A stretch of DNA of 64,000 bases from Sphaerochaetaceae bacterium. Lineage in GTDB: Bacteria > Spirochaetota > Spirochaetia > Sphaerochaetales > Sphaerochaetaceae. The first letter of the stretch is position 1; every line of letters starts with the position of its first letter. The notes below the pieces were generated by a model that saw only the letters and a program-made list of their open reading frames with translations, had not been told where the DNA came from and did not search any database. Location of the stretch: positions 718-64,717 of the forward strand of contig JBBAFS010000002.1 of the NCBI GenBank assembly GCA_041655255.1, read 5' to 3'. The position numbers and the translations under genes are program-made. This document shows positions 38,890-47,316 of this stretch, piece after piece.

Positions 38890-39423
38890 ATGAGACGAAC
38901 AGGTATTTTTATTACATTGGGATTCACAATCTCGCTGACCATATTTATTATGGCGGGGATTATCTATTTTCATGAAGTGGGAGAGTATGAACCGAAGGTT
39001 ATCACTTCTCCAATAAAAGAGGTACCAGTTGTCACCCCACTTGAAGTAGAAGTTGTTGTTGAAAAAGAGGTTTCACCTGAAGTTGAAATAACTGAAAAAC
39101 CAACACCAGCAGTGAAAGAAGAGGTGGTAATCACTCCTCCTCCAGTGGTGAAAGAAGAGGTAATGGTTGAACCTGTAAAGGTTGTAAAACCTGTGGTAGT
39201 CGAACCAGTGAAGGTCGTAACACCTCCACCAGTAGTAAAAGAAGAGATAACAGTAACACCTGTAGAAGAGAAAAAAGTTGTTGAAGAGTTAAAGTCGATT
39301 ATCATCGAACCACCTGTGGTGGATGAAGCATTCGACTTCATTGACCCCATTACATTTAATGAGAAAGCATTCCAGCTTCGTAAAGAGGCGGTCGATGACC
39401 TTTTTGATAAACTGTTATGGTAA
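38890..39423 (+). CDS. Membrane-anchored Pro/Val/Glu/Lys-rich repeat protein
   Basis: N-terminal TM helix followed by reiterated PPPVVKEE / VEPVKVV units. No recognisable C-terminal domain. Confidence 0.6.
   Translation: MRRTGIFITLGFTISLTIFIMAGIIYFHEVGEYEPKVITSPIKEVPVVTPLEVEVVVEKEVSPEVEITEKPTPAVKEEVVITPPPVVKEEVMVEPVKVVKPVVVEPVKVVTPPPVVKEEITVTPVEEKKVVEELKSIIIEPPVVDEAFDFIDPITFNEKAFQLRKEAVDDLFDKLLW
39010..39318 (+). repeat. Imperfect in-frame tandem repeats encoding PPPVVKEE(V/I) / VEPVKVV
   Basis: Repeated cctcc(a/t)cc(a)gt(a/g)gt(a/g)aaagaagag units are visible at the DNA level. The repeats lie inside a coding region and are not a CRISPR. Confidence 0.7.
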
Positions 39424-39426
39424 GAA

Positions 39427-39458
39427 TAAAAAAGCCACCTCAATGAAGGTGGCTTTCT
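39427..39458. terminator. Bidirectional rho-independent terminator between convergent genes
   Basis: AAAAAAGCCACCT-caatga-AGGTGGCTTTCT: an 8-bp GC-rich stem flanked by an A-run and a T-run. Confidence 0.8.
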
Positions 39459-39467
39459 CATATACTC

Positions 39468-40778
39468 TTACGCTTCTAAAGCGTCGTCTTGGGGTTCTCC
39501 TCTTGTCACTTTACCCATAAGGAAAAAAGCAACAATCATACACAGTGCAGCAAAGATAAAGAGTGATCCATACCCAAAGAGGTCAATAAGTCCTCCTGTA
39601 ATTGGTGGAGCAATAATAGAAGCGAGCTGTGAGAAGAAATAATACAACCCCGTGTAAATACCCATATTTTCATAACTAGCCATTTGCCATAGCATTGGAA
39701 ATGAGTTTGTGACAATGCTCACCCAGAAGGTTCCAAAGAGGAACATCAGTGCCCAGAAGCTGACAAGTTTCACAGTTTGTCCCACAGCAGGTCCTGTAAA
39801 TGTAACACTGTGGATAAACACTGCAGTCAATACCAGAGCTAAAATGATTAAAGAGGTTCGAATAGTCTTTTTACGCCCATGGTGGTGGGCAATAATGCCA
39901 CTAGGAATAGCGAATATTGCATACGCAACTCCTACCATTCCAGCAGCTAATGCTGCATTTCCACTGGATGTGTGAAGAATCTCAACTGAGTACTTCCCAA
40001 TAAAAGGGAGCACCCCTTGGTAGCCGACAAACCAAAATAGAAGCGAAAGGAGGATATAAAAGGCACTTTTATCCTCTTCTTGAAAGATCTGTTTTAATGA
40101 TTGGATGATAGGAACTTTCTCTTCTTGTTCTGAATCTACTGCTTTACCACGCTTCTCTTTAATAAAGAAGAATAGAAGTAGTGCAGCTACAAATACTAAT
40201 AATCCTGCTAAGGGGAAAGCTAAAATGTTATCTGTAGGACCACGTGAAGGTAAGGTGATATGAACGTCCATTAATCGAGCTAATCCAATAGTACCCACTA
40301 TGGCAGCAATACCACCCATGGTGTTAATTACTCCATTCGCTTCAGAACGTATCTCTCCTGGTATCATATCGGGCATCAGAGCCACAACAGGTCCACGTGC
40401 AGCTTGTTTAAATAAGTTTAATGCAAAGATAAGAATAATGAGTAATACCAGTGATGAGAGTGCGGCAAAGGGGATAAGACCGAATGTGAATGCACTTAAC
40501 GGAAGGAGGGTGATGATATACGGCATCCTTCTACCGATGGGAGTACGGGTACGATCACTGAGGGCTGAAAACACTGGAATTAAGAATATGGCAAAGACAT
40601 TATCTAGGGTCATAATCGCCCCAATAATTGCATTAGAAGAGATATAACGACCTAAGAAGATGGGAATATAGGTGTCATATAACGGATCCATGAGTCCCAT
40701 TGTGAAAAATCCGAGGCCAATTAAAAAGGTAGTCAGGTAATACCCTTTCATGCTTTTACGTTCTCTTTTCTCTTTCAT
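39468..40778 (-). CDS. MFS transporter (12 TM)
   Basis: 436 aa, 12 predicted TM helices, DRTRTPIGRRMPY loop (MFS motif A-like). Confidence 0.8.
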   Translation of the reverse strand: MKEKRERKSMKGYYLTTFLIGLGFFTMGLMDPLYDTYIPIFLGRYISSNAIIGAIMTLDNVFAIFLIPVFSALSDRTRTPIGRRMPYIITLLPLSAFTFGLIPFAALSSLVLLIILIFALNLFKQAARGPVVALMPDMIPGEIRSEANGVINTMGGIAAIVGTIGLARLMDVHITLPSRGPTDNILAFPLAGLLVFVAALLLFFFIKEKRGKAVDSEQEEKVPIIQSLKQIFQEEDKSAFYILLSLLFWFVGYQGVLPFIGKYSVEILHTSSGNAALAAGMVGVAYAIFAIPSGIIAHHHGRKKTIRTSLIILALVLTAVFIHSVTFTGPAVGQTVKLVSFWALMFLFGTFWVSIVTNSFPMLWQMASYENMGIYTGLYYFFSQLASIIAPPITGGLIDLFGYGSLFIFAALCMIVAFFLMGKVTRGEPQDDALEA

Positions 40779-40976
40779 ATCTACCTCACTTCAATTGACA
40801 AAATTGTATCAGCTAATGAGAGGTGATGCAAAACAAAAAAAGGAATCAAAGAGAGTCTTAAAGGAGCACTATCTCTACTAAATCACCATGTCGGAGATTT
40901 GAAAAGAGGGTTTTAGTGGAGATAACACTACAAGTGAAGTAAAAAGGTGTTACCTGTAGTGTGTTGATAAAAGAGT

Positions 40977-41010
40977 GTGAGCCAGTACATTCACCGTGTA
41001 ACTGGCTCAC
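40977..41010 (-). terminator. Hairpin terminator downstream of the beta-helix lipoprotein gene
   Basis: GTGAGCCAGT ... ACTGGCTCAC, a perfect 10-bp stem. On the minus strand it is followed by CTCTTTTAT. Confidence 0.55.
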
Positions 41011-41026
41011 TGATTAAGTGTTTTGC

Positions 41027-41848
41027 TTATTTACTATCAGAAATATCTCCGATTGTAACTTCTACGCTCTGTTTATTGACCGTATTACCCTCAAGGTGAG
41101 TTTTTACACTCAAATCTTCAACCCACATTGCAAACTGAGGAGGAGGAGAGCTTTCACCATTATTTCTAGAGTTATCTAACACAGCATTATCTTCGATAGT
41201 CACTGTCCCACTTGCATAGAGCGAATTTGACTCTCTCTTTTCTCCTCCATTTAATGCTGCATGTTTATTCTCAAAAGTATTGTTTGTGATTGTCGTGGTG
41301 CCACGTAAAGCGGTAAACAAGAATATTCCTTGATTTGCTATATCGGTAGACTCTCCACCTTGAAAGGTATTACCTGAGATAAGAAGATCTTCGATATAAT
41401 CACTCTCGTTTGTAGAGGTAGAGTCATTGCCTCGAGCTATACCATGTTTTTGTGAATCAATGGTATTATTTTTAATGGTTATTTTTGAAAATCCTTTTGT
41501 CTTATTGTGAGTAATGGTAATACCTTTTTCATGTGTGTTGATGTAAAACCCTTCAATGAAGACATTACTACTATCGATGATTACAGAGCCAATGTGAGGC
41601 TTGTTATACCCAATAAGGGTGATAGGCTTTGAAAGTGTGACACTTTCATTCCACGTTCCTGGTCCAACACCTATAGTGTCACCCTCATTTGCCTCCCCTA
41701 AGGCAGCACTCATTGTTTCATATTCAATGTTTTGAGTTAGGTTGCGAACTCCAATGATAGGTGGGATTATTGAAATCTCTTGATCACAGGAAACGAAGAT
41801 AAGAACACTTAAAAGCACGACTAGAATAAAAACACGAAAATTTTTCAT
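41027..41848 (-). CDS. Right-handed parallel beta-helix repeat lipoprotein
   Basis: Signal peptide with lipobox-like FVSC. Repeated I(T/E)(I/N)xNNT / GN(T)F turns typical of pectate-lyase-fold beta-helices. Confidence 0.65.
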   Translation of the reverse strand: MKNFRVFILVVLLSVLIFVSCDQEISIIPPIIGVRNLTQNIEYETMSAALGEANEGDTIGVGPGTWNESVTLSKPITLIGYNKPHIGSVIIDSSNVFIEGFYINTHEKGITITHNKTKGFSKITIKNNTIDSQKHGIARGNDSTSTNESDYIEDLLISGNTFQGGESTDIANQGIFLFTALRGTTTITNNTFENKHAALNGGEKRESNSLYASGTVTIEDNAVLDNSRNNGESSPPPQFAMWVEDLSVKTHLEGNTVNKQSVEVTIGDISDSK

Positions 41849-41969
41849 TCCTTCCTCCTAGAATAATGAGATGTTTGCAATAATTGATGAATAGCTTTTC
41901 CTGTTATGAAGTAGAAAGGTTATGTTCATGAAAAATTGCTGATTACAAGTGTATCCAATTCTTACGAGT

Positions 41970-41983
41970 TTGCAATATTGCAA
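41970..41983. promoter_or_regulatory. Perfect 14-bp palindrome TTGCAATATTGCAA (candidate operator)
   Basis: Lies about 120 bp upstream of the beta-helix gene start. Half-site-like TTGCAAT / ATTGCA copies also occur near 41875 and 42005. Confidence 0.35.
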
Positions 41984-42110
41984 CTAAAAGAAGACCTAGA
42001 AATTGCATGATTTGTTATTTCTCTTCATTGATAGCAAGCTCTTGGCATGGAAGATCTAAGAGCTTCGTTGCTACGTCAGATTCAACGTTAGGTGTTACCG
42101 TAACATGTTC

Positions 42111-42377
42111 TACCCCCGAAGTACCCCCGAAGTCACCCCTGAAGTGATGATGCTATTGCACCATCTCAAAAAAGAGATGAGTTAAGTGGAATTACAACAC
42201 GCTATGAATCTCCGAGATGAGAAACATTTCCGAAGATCTTATCTACATCCGGCTCTTCAACTCAAAGTTATAGAAATGACAATTCCTGAAAAGCCCACTA
42301 GTAGCAAACAACGATACCGTGTTAGTGAAAGTGCTAAACACATGGTAGCAAACACCGATAATGACCATAATCAGTGA
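42111..42377 (+). pseudogene. C-terminal remnant of a Fic/AlbA_2-type putative transcriptional regulator, interrupted by a stop
   Basis: In one frame: YPRSTPEVTPEVMMLLHHLKKEMS*VELQHAMNLRDEKHFRRSYLHPALQLKVIEMTIPEKPTSSKQRYRV. From memory, the (T)PEV repeats and the LIEMTIPDKPxSxxQKYRLT-like tail are the hallmark C-terminus of that family. The N-terminal 80-90% is absent. Confidence 0.6.
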
Positions 42378-42611
42378 CGACTGAAGTAGATCTTCTTCTC
42401 TTGTATGTCCAAGGCTCTAAAACCTCATTGATGGATTTTATATACTAATAGTTGTCTCATGAATGTACCTCTTGTTTCTTACACCTCAGATTGATGATGA
42501 TATTGCCTTAAGGCTAAAGCGTTTTGTTAAAAGGCTTATCGATGGGTCATGTGGTATTGAACACCAAGGAGGTCCTAGACGATAGACTCTTATCTGTGGT
42601 AAGAAAAGTCG

Positions 42612-43667
42612 ATGGAAAAAGAGACTCTCATTTCAGATTACAAAGAACTTGAAAAATATATCACCCTGACAGAGCAAGAGCGGGCTTACTTTGAGCACAC
42701 TCAACAACGACTCCCATTTTTAGTGAGTAGGTATTTTCTCTCTCTTATCGATACAAACGATCCCTTTGATCCGATACGACTTCAGGTGATTCCATCAATG
42801 AGAGAGCTGGAATTCTTAGATAAAGAGAGTCATGATCCGCTCTTAGAGCTTAATTACTCTGTCACCAATCGCCTGATCCACCGCTATGCCAACCGAGTGG
42901 CACTGTTACTCACCGATAAGTGTGCCACCTATTGTCGTCACTGCTTTAGACGACGATTTACGGGAGGGGAGAATTCTCACATCAGTGACTCTGAATTACA
43001 AGAGGTCGCCTCATATCTTAAAGAACATCCCACCATTACCGAAATTCTTATCACCGGTGGAGATCCTCTTATGGTCAGTGACACTCTATTACATAAAGTT
43101 ATCTCAACACTAAGAGAGGCGTCTCCTTCATTAGTGATCCGCTTAGGAACTCGGATGGTTGCTACCTATCCAAAGCGTATTACTACTCAGCTTATCAAGA
43201 TGTTACACTCTTTAAGTACACAAGCTCCTATGTACATCATGGTTCAATTTAACCACCCCCGAGAACTCACTTTTCAAAGTACCGCAGCTTTACAAATGTT
43301 TTCAGATAAAGGTTTTCCCCTTATGAACCAAAGTGTCTTACTGAAAGGGGTAAACGATGATGTTGAAACCTTAGTTGAATTGTGTAACACCTTAATAGCA
43401 CACAAAGTAAAACCATATTACCTTTTTCAAGGTGATTTAGTATCAGGAACGCACCACCTTAGAGTTCCTCTTTCTAAAGGATTAGCTTTAGAAAGAGAAT
43501 TAAGAAAAAGAGTCAGTGGTTTAGCAATGCCTCAATATGCTCTTGATTTACCTGAAGGAGGAGGAAAAGTTCCACTCAGTGGCTCATATGTTGATCACTA
43601 TGATCCTGTAAAGAAGATGTGGGTGTTTCGCACCCTCGATGGAACGCTACGCTCTTATCCTGAGTAA
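42612..43667 (+). CDS. epmB: EF-P beta-lysylation protein EpmB (KamA-family radical SAM lysine 2,3-aminomutase)
   Basis: 351 aa, CATYCRHCFRR (CxxxCxxC) radical-SAM cluster. KamA-like length. efp and epmA are nearby. Confidence 0.85.
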   Translation: MEKETLISDYKELEKYITLTEQERAYFEHTQQRLPFLVSRYFLSLIDTNDPFDPIRLQVIPSMRELEFLDKESHDPLLELNYSVTNRLIHRYANRVALLLTDKCATYCRHCFRRRFTGGENSHISDSELQEVASYLKEHPTITEILITGGDPLMVSDTLLHKVISTLREASPSLVIRLGTRMVATYPKRITTQLIKMLHSLSTQAPMYIMVQFNHPRELTFQSTAALQMFSDKGFPLMNQSVLLKGVNDDVETLVELCNTLIAHKVKPYYLFQGDLVSGTHHLRVPLSKGLALERELRKRVSGLAMPQYALDLPEGGGKVPLSGSYVDHYDPVKKMWVFRTLDGTLRSYPE

Positions 43668-43673
43668 CTCAAT

Positions 43674-44216
43674 TTAAAGTGCCCACAGTAAACCTGCTCG
43701 GGTGGTAAATATCCCAAGCAGAGGAAGTCCTGGATCTATAATTGAATTACTTGTCTCTTTGGTAGCCATGTAGGCCCAAAAAGGGACGTCCATGTGGAAA
43801 AATAATCCCACCTTTTTTTGTGGAAGCCAATATTCACCTTTTATCATAGCCCCTACAGTTCCCATAATCCCCTCTTTGAAATCAGTACCGGCTAAGGTAC
43901 TTAATCCAAATTTAAGATCAAAGTTCTCTCCTATTGCAATGGGATACGAAAGATCCGCACTAACCATCATAAAAGGGATCACGTCTGTGATAAAACTTTC
44001 TCCAGCGAGAAACTCGATGTATTTCACTAATAGTGGGTAGTTGATTCCTCCGCTTATCGCAAGCGGCCCTGCAGGGACATCCACCAACACACCAGTGGCC
44101 ATAGCTCCTATTTGGGCCCCAAGAGCGATTCCTTTGGTGGGTCGAGCACTTAAAGAGAATGAACATACCACTAATAAAAGAGCAATGATTGCAATAGTAA
44201 CGACTCTTTTGACCAT
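43674..44216 (-). CDS. Putative small outer-membrane protein
   Basis: Signal peptide, Gly/aromatic-rich beta-strand pattern, 180 aa. Confidence 0.5.
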   Translation of the reverse strand: MVKRVVTIAIIALLLVVCSFSLSARPTKGIALGAQIGAMATGVLVDVPAGPLAISGGINYPLLVKYIEFLAGESFITDVIPFMMVSADLSYPIAIGENFDLKFGLSTLAGTDFKEGIMGTVGAMIKGEYWLPQKKVGLFFHMDVPFWAYMATKETSNSIIDPGLPLLGIFTTRAGLLWAL

Positions 44217-44359
44217 ATGAGCCTCCTTATGATGACAAAAAGAGTGATGAAGGTCTTCCTATCTTGAAATTAACCCTGTTCTTTGTAAAACGCAACCAAT
44301 TAAAAAAGAGAGCTTAGTTCTTATTGTTCACTTTTTAAAAACAGAGTATATGTATCGGT

Positions 44360-45625
44360 GTGAGTAACACCCTGCAGAAAAAAAACATATTTTCATTGTA
44401 TCGTGGACTGGGAAAAAGCGTATATGTCCTTTTCATTGCCACGGTATGTAATGCAATGGGAAGTTTTGTCTACCCATTTCTCATTCTCTTACTCACACAA
44501 CGTCTTGGTTATAGTGAAGTGAAGGCTGGCCTTTTTATGACTCTTACAGCTGTAGTCTATCTTCCTGGTTCACTCATTGGTGGAAAATTAACTGACCACT
44601 ATGGTCGTAAAACCGTCATGGTTATAAGCCAAATAGTAGCGTTAAGTATGTTTGTCATCTGTGGGTTTATCGGAGATTCTCCTTTTATCCCTCTATATAT
44701 TCTTTTTAATCTCTTTTTTGATGGCATCACTGATCCTGCTCGTAGTGCACTACTCACCGATGTGACAAACTCAGAAAATCGCCAAGCTTCTTTCTCGTTT
44801 AATTATCTTGGGCATAATCTCGGATTCGCCTTTGGCCCCATTGTAGCGGGGTTATTCTTTTACACACATCCTCAGTGGATATTCTTTGGAAATGCAATTG
44901 CCTCAGCAGTTGCTGTTGGTTTTGTGATGATGTTTGTCCCTGAATCAAAACCATCTCAAAGTGTTATTGAACAAAGTAAAAATGAAGAAGGCCCAGAGAA
45001 ATCAGAAGAGGGTGGACTTCTTAAAGCACTATTAGCTCGTCCTCATTTACTCTTATATGGAGTGTGTGCCACCTTTTATAGCTTTGCCTATAGCCAAGCT
45101 CTCTTTGCCCTCCCTTTATATACAACCTCTCTTTTTGGAAAAGGGGGTGCTGCACTTTACGGGCGGATGATGAGCGTGAATGCACTGGTAGTTATTGTGA
45201 GTAACTCATTGTTAGTTGTTACTCTTAGGCGATTTCATCCACTGAGAAATATTGCTATTGCAGGATTATTTTATGCTGTTGGTTTTACCCTCTTAGGTTG
45301 GGCTCACTCGCCGCTCTTTTTATATTTATTAAGTGTTGTCTATACGATTGGAGAAGTGATTGATGCCACAAATAACAATTTTTATGTGGCAAATAATACT
45401 CCGTTAAGTCATCGTGGTCGATTTAGTTCCTTTTTCCCTTTGTTGATGGGAGTGGGACATGCCATCGCCCCCGCAGTGGGAGGACTTTTGAGTTCTCGTT
45501 ATAACTTACACGTTGTGTGGCTCAGTGTAGGAGTCTCTGCGTTGATTGGTAGTGGAGGAACTTTTTTTCTGTATATGCGAGAACAAAAAAGAGCAATCAA
45601 GGTAACACATGTAAGTAATCAATAA
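44360..45625 (+). CDS. MFS transporter (drug/H+ antiporter-like)
   Basis: 421 aa, 12 TM, GKLTDHYGRK motif-A loop. Confidence 0.8.
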   Translation: MSNTLQKKNIFSLYRGLGKSVYVLFIATVCNAMGSFVYPFLILLLTQRLGYSEVKAGLFMTLTAVVYLPGSLIGGKLTDHYGRKTVMVISQIVALSMFVICGFIGDSPFIPLYILFNLFFDGITDPARSALLTDVTNSENRQASFSFNYLGHNLGFAFGPIVAGLFFYTHPQWIFFGNAIASAVAVGFVMMFVPESKPSQSVIEQSKNEEGPEKSEEGGLLKALLARPHLLLYGVCATFYSFAYSQALFALPLYTTSLFGKGGAALYGRMMSVNALVVIVSNSLLVVTLRRFHPLRNIAIAGLFYAVGFTLLGWAHSPLFLYLLSVVYTIGEVIDATNNNFYVANNTPLSHRGRFSSFFPLLMGVGHAIAPAVGGLLSSRYNLHVVWLSVGVSALIGSGGTFFLYMREQKRAIKVTHVSNQ

Positions 45626-45627
45626 AA

Positions 45628-45651
45628 AAGCTGCCGTATAAGAGGCAGCTT
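45628..45651 (-). terminator. Rho-independent terminator of efp
   Basis: AAGCTGCC-gtataaga-GGCAGCTT. On the minus strand the hairpin is followed by TTTTTTATT. Confidence 0.8.
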
Positions 45652-45661
45652 GTGTGTAACA

Positions 45662-46225
45662 TTACTTGTTTATTCGTTCCAGATACTCTTTAGTTTCTGT
45701 ATTTACTAAGATTCTTTCACCCTGTTTAATAAAAATAGGGACTCGGACAACAAGGCCAGTTTCGGTTGTGACGTTCTTTGTAGCTCCGGTGACGGTATCA
45801 CCTTTGATGGCCTCTTCGGCTTCGGCAACTTCAAAAATGACTTTTGTAGGGATTTGGATTTCGAGTACTTGGTTCTCCCAAAATGTCACTCGGTAGGTCT
45901 CTCCCTCTTTAATGAGATATTGGTAATCTTCAAACGATGCCATAGGAACTTCAAGTTGATCAAATGTCTCATTATTCATGAAGTGGAAGTTCTCCCCATC
46001 ATTGTATAAATATTGGCAATCACGATCTTCAACGGTGATATTCTCAACGTTATCTTGTGTTTTAAATGTCTCTCGTAATACTTGCCCTGTGGAGGGACTT
46101 TTGAGTCTGACGCGGACAAATGCCGAACCTTTCCCTGGGTTTACAAACTCCCTCTCTACACATATAAATGGTTGTCCCTTAAAGAGTAGGGCGGTCCCTT
46201 TTTCAATTTGTCCTGCTTTAATCAT
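45662..46225 (-). CDS. efp: Translation elongation factor P
   Basis: 187 aa. VNPGKGSAFVRVRLK with the modifiable Lys (K32) in the PGKG loop. Confidence 0.95.
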   Translation of the reverse strand: MIKAGQIEKGTALLFKGQPFICVEREFVNPGKGSAFVRVRLKSPSTGQVLRETFKTQDNVENITVEDRDCQYLYNDGENFHFMNNETFDQLEVPMASFEDYQYLIKEGETYRVTFWENQVLEIQIPTKVIFEVAEAEEAIKGDTVTGATKNVTTETGLVVRVPIFIKQGERILVNTETKEYLERINK

Positions 46226-46240
46226 TGTATACCTCTATGT

Positions 46241-47287
46241 TTATCGAATCGGGTGTATCATATCAGAAACGTTGAATAACATCAAATCCCCAACACGATT
46301 ATAACCACCTTGGAGCATCAAAAGTCGATCAAATCCGAGCGCTACACCCGAACATTGAGGAAAGTGTTCATCAAAGATTTCAATGAAATCTAAATCGATA
46401 TCTGGGATAACTTCATCACTGTTTGATCGTTGATGAATCAACTGAGCATACTGTTGTGTATAAAATTCACGCACCTTCTCTTTGTCGGTTTGTTCATCAT
46501 AACAATTGGCTACTTCAATCCCACCAGCATACAATTCCCACCTCTTTTTATACGGTTTGTTAGGCACCTGTTTTGCTAAACACTCAATTTGCATTGGGTA
46601 GTCGTATAACACAAGAGGTTTCTCTTGTGGGAGATTTGGTTCAACAAATTGTAAAAAAATACGGTGAAACGTCTCTTCCCAACTCTCACTTTGTTCGGGA
46701 AGAGATAAACCAAGACGTTGTGCTTCTTGTTTCAGGGAGTGAAGAGACTGTGTTTTTTCTAAGTCTACTTGAGCATACGTATACATCGCCTCAGAGACGC
46801 TCATAGTGTTAAAAGGGGGAAGAAGGTGCTCTTGTGTCCCCTCTAAAGCCGTCTCTTTCATCAACTGCTCGGTGATTGCAATAGAATCGACTTCATCAGC
46901 ACCAACGGTGTAATACTCTAACATGGTGAACTCAGGATTGTGGTGGGAACCAATTTGTTCTCGGTTACGAAAACACTGAGAAATTTGAAAGATACTTGAT
47001 TGAGTCTCTCGGATAATGTGTTTCATATGAACTTCAGGAGAGGGGACTAAATAGAGATCTCGTTGTTGATAAAACTCGCTGATATAACGGGTGGAAAAAT
47101 GGGCAATAGTAGGCTCTGGAATAAGATGTGTTGATAACACAGGGGTACTTACTTCTAAGTAGTTATGATCTTCAAACCATGAACGGATGTTCTTTGCCAA
47201 TAAAGAGCGTTGCTTGATTGAATTAATATCCATGAGGCGACTATACAAAAGAGAGCTCTTCTTTGTAAAGAGTTGCCTTATAGACAC
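46241..47287 (-). CDS. epmA: EF-P--(R)-beta-lysine ligase EpmA (PoxA/GenX, LysRS class II paralog)
   Basis: Class II aaRS core lacking an anticodon-binding domain (YLEVSTPVL, FRNRE, GVALGFDRLLML). The true start is more likely Met19 (47233). Confidence 0.85.
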   Translation of the reverse strand: MSIRQLFTKKSSLLYSRLMDINSIKQRSLLAKNIRSWFEDHNYLEVSTPVLSTHLIPEPTIAHFSTRYISEFYQQRDLYLVPSPEVHMKHIIRETQSSIFQISQCFRNREQIGSHHNPEFTMLEYYTVGADEVDSIAITEQLMKETALEGTQEHLLPPFNTMSVSEAMYTYAQVDLEKTQSLHSLKQEAQRLGLSLPEQSESWEETFHRIFLQFVEPNLPQEKPLVLYDYPMQIECLAKQVPNKPYKKRWELYAGGIEVANCYDEQTDKEKVREFYTQQYAQLIHQRSNSDEVIPDIDLDFIEIFDEHFPQCSGVALGFDRLLMLQGGYNRVGDLMLFNVSDMIHPIR

Positions 47288-47316
47288 ATATGATGCACCT
47301 CTTTATACTGAAGTAT

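Noticed and set aside
39010-39318. Periodic repeats considered as a possible CRISPR array
   Set aside because: The units are about 24-27 bp, contiguous, without unique spacers, in-frame within a coding sequence. No cas genes are in the window.
38970-39461. 163-aa minus-strand ORF rich in Thr/Ser/Gly
   Set aside because: It is the antisense shadow of the PPPVVKEE repeat gene. The repeat composition keeps the opposite frame open. It has no SD and overlaps a better-supported gene and its terminator.
46241-47316. ORF-track starts that would place epmA (47287) and mnmE (47290) only 2 bp apart in divergent orientation
   Set aside because: That leaves no room for promoters. Internal Met starts (epmA 47233, mnmE 47317) give normal protein lengths and an intergenic region of about 80 bp.
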